Below are positions 63,701 to 64,000 of a stretch of DNA of 64,000 bases, piece after piece. Location of the stretch: assembly GCA_964187785.1 (NCBI GenBank), contig OZ076414.1, forward strand, positions 51,708,001 through 51,772,000, written 5' to 3'. The position numbers and the translations under genes were made by a program. Within the stretch, counting starts at the first letter, position 1, and every line of letters begins with the position of its first letter. A model generated the notes under the pieces. That model did not search any database. It saw only the letters and a program-made list of their open reading frames with translations, and was not told the origin of the DNA. The DNA comes from Amphiscolops sp. MND2022. Lineage: Eukaryota.

Positions 63701-64000
63701 AGACTGAAAGTTGATTTGCAGTTGAGCAAGAGGCATGTTTTTAACGCCAGTCAATTAGTATCCACGGTAATGGATTCCCTTGGTAACGGGTTCTCTCGTA
63801 ATGGAAATTCAATTTTTTAATTTTAAAGGCATCCCTGGACATCCCTTCCTTTATCTTTGATAAACACTTGGACAAAACCTCTTTCCCTATTGCACGTTCG
63901 TTAGACAACAGAAACGTTTTGATGTGAACAGCATTGTGGTAACTGTGGATGATAACTACGGGTGAAGTTTTGTTTGAGATACAAAGGACTTGAGGTTGTT

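Overview
This is AT-rich eukaryotic genomic DNA with GT-AG introns, a 200-N gap and heavy transposon content. The LTR-element peptides resemble ones I recall from acoel worms, but that is unverified. Host genes: (i) a minus-strand UNC-93/MFSD11-like MFS transporter gene spread over ~18 kb (ATG at 24243), with ten phase-compatible exons and apparently decayed 3' exons; (ii) an intronless secreted PAN-apple/lectin-like gene (38107-39009). Mobile DNA: several Ty3/gypsy families (one element with near-identical LTRs but no RT/RH/IN, one 3' end, two TSD-flanked solo LTRs, partial LTRs), a 7.6-kb LTR element with no recognisable gag/pol, degenerate BEL/Pao, CRE-like and APE-LINE fragments, two hAT-type elements with 8-bp TSDs, and satellites. 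The most striking signal is a shared LTR architecture. gag starts hundreds of bp inside the LTR and reads through the LTR end and PBS. A conserved, unassigned CxxC 'ORF3' reads through the PPT and ends inside U3 (motif SQxxACxG). A spliced antisense BED-finger/hAT-like gene lies directly upstream of one ORF3. All alignments were done by eye; no searches were run.
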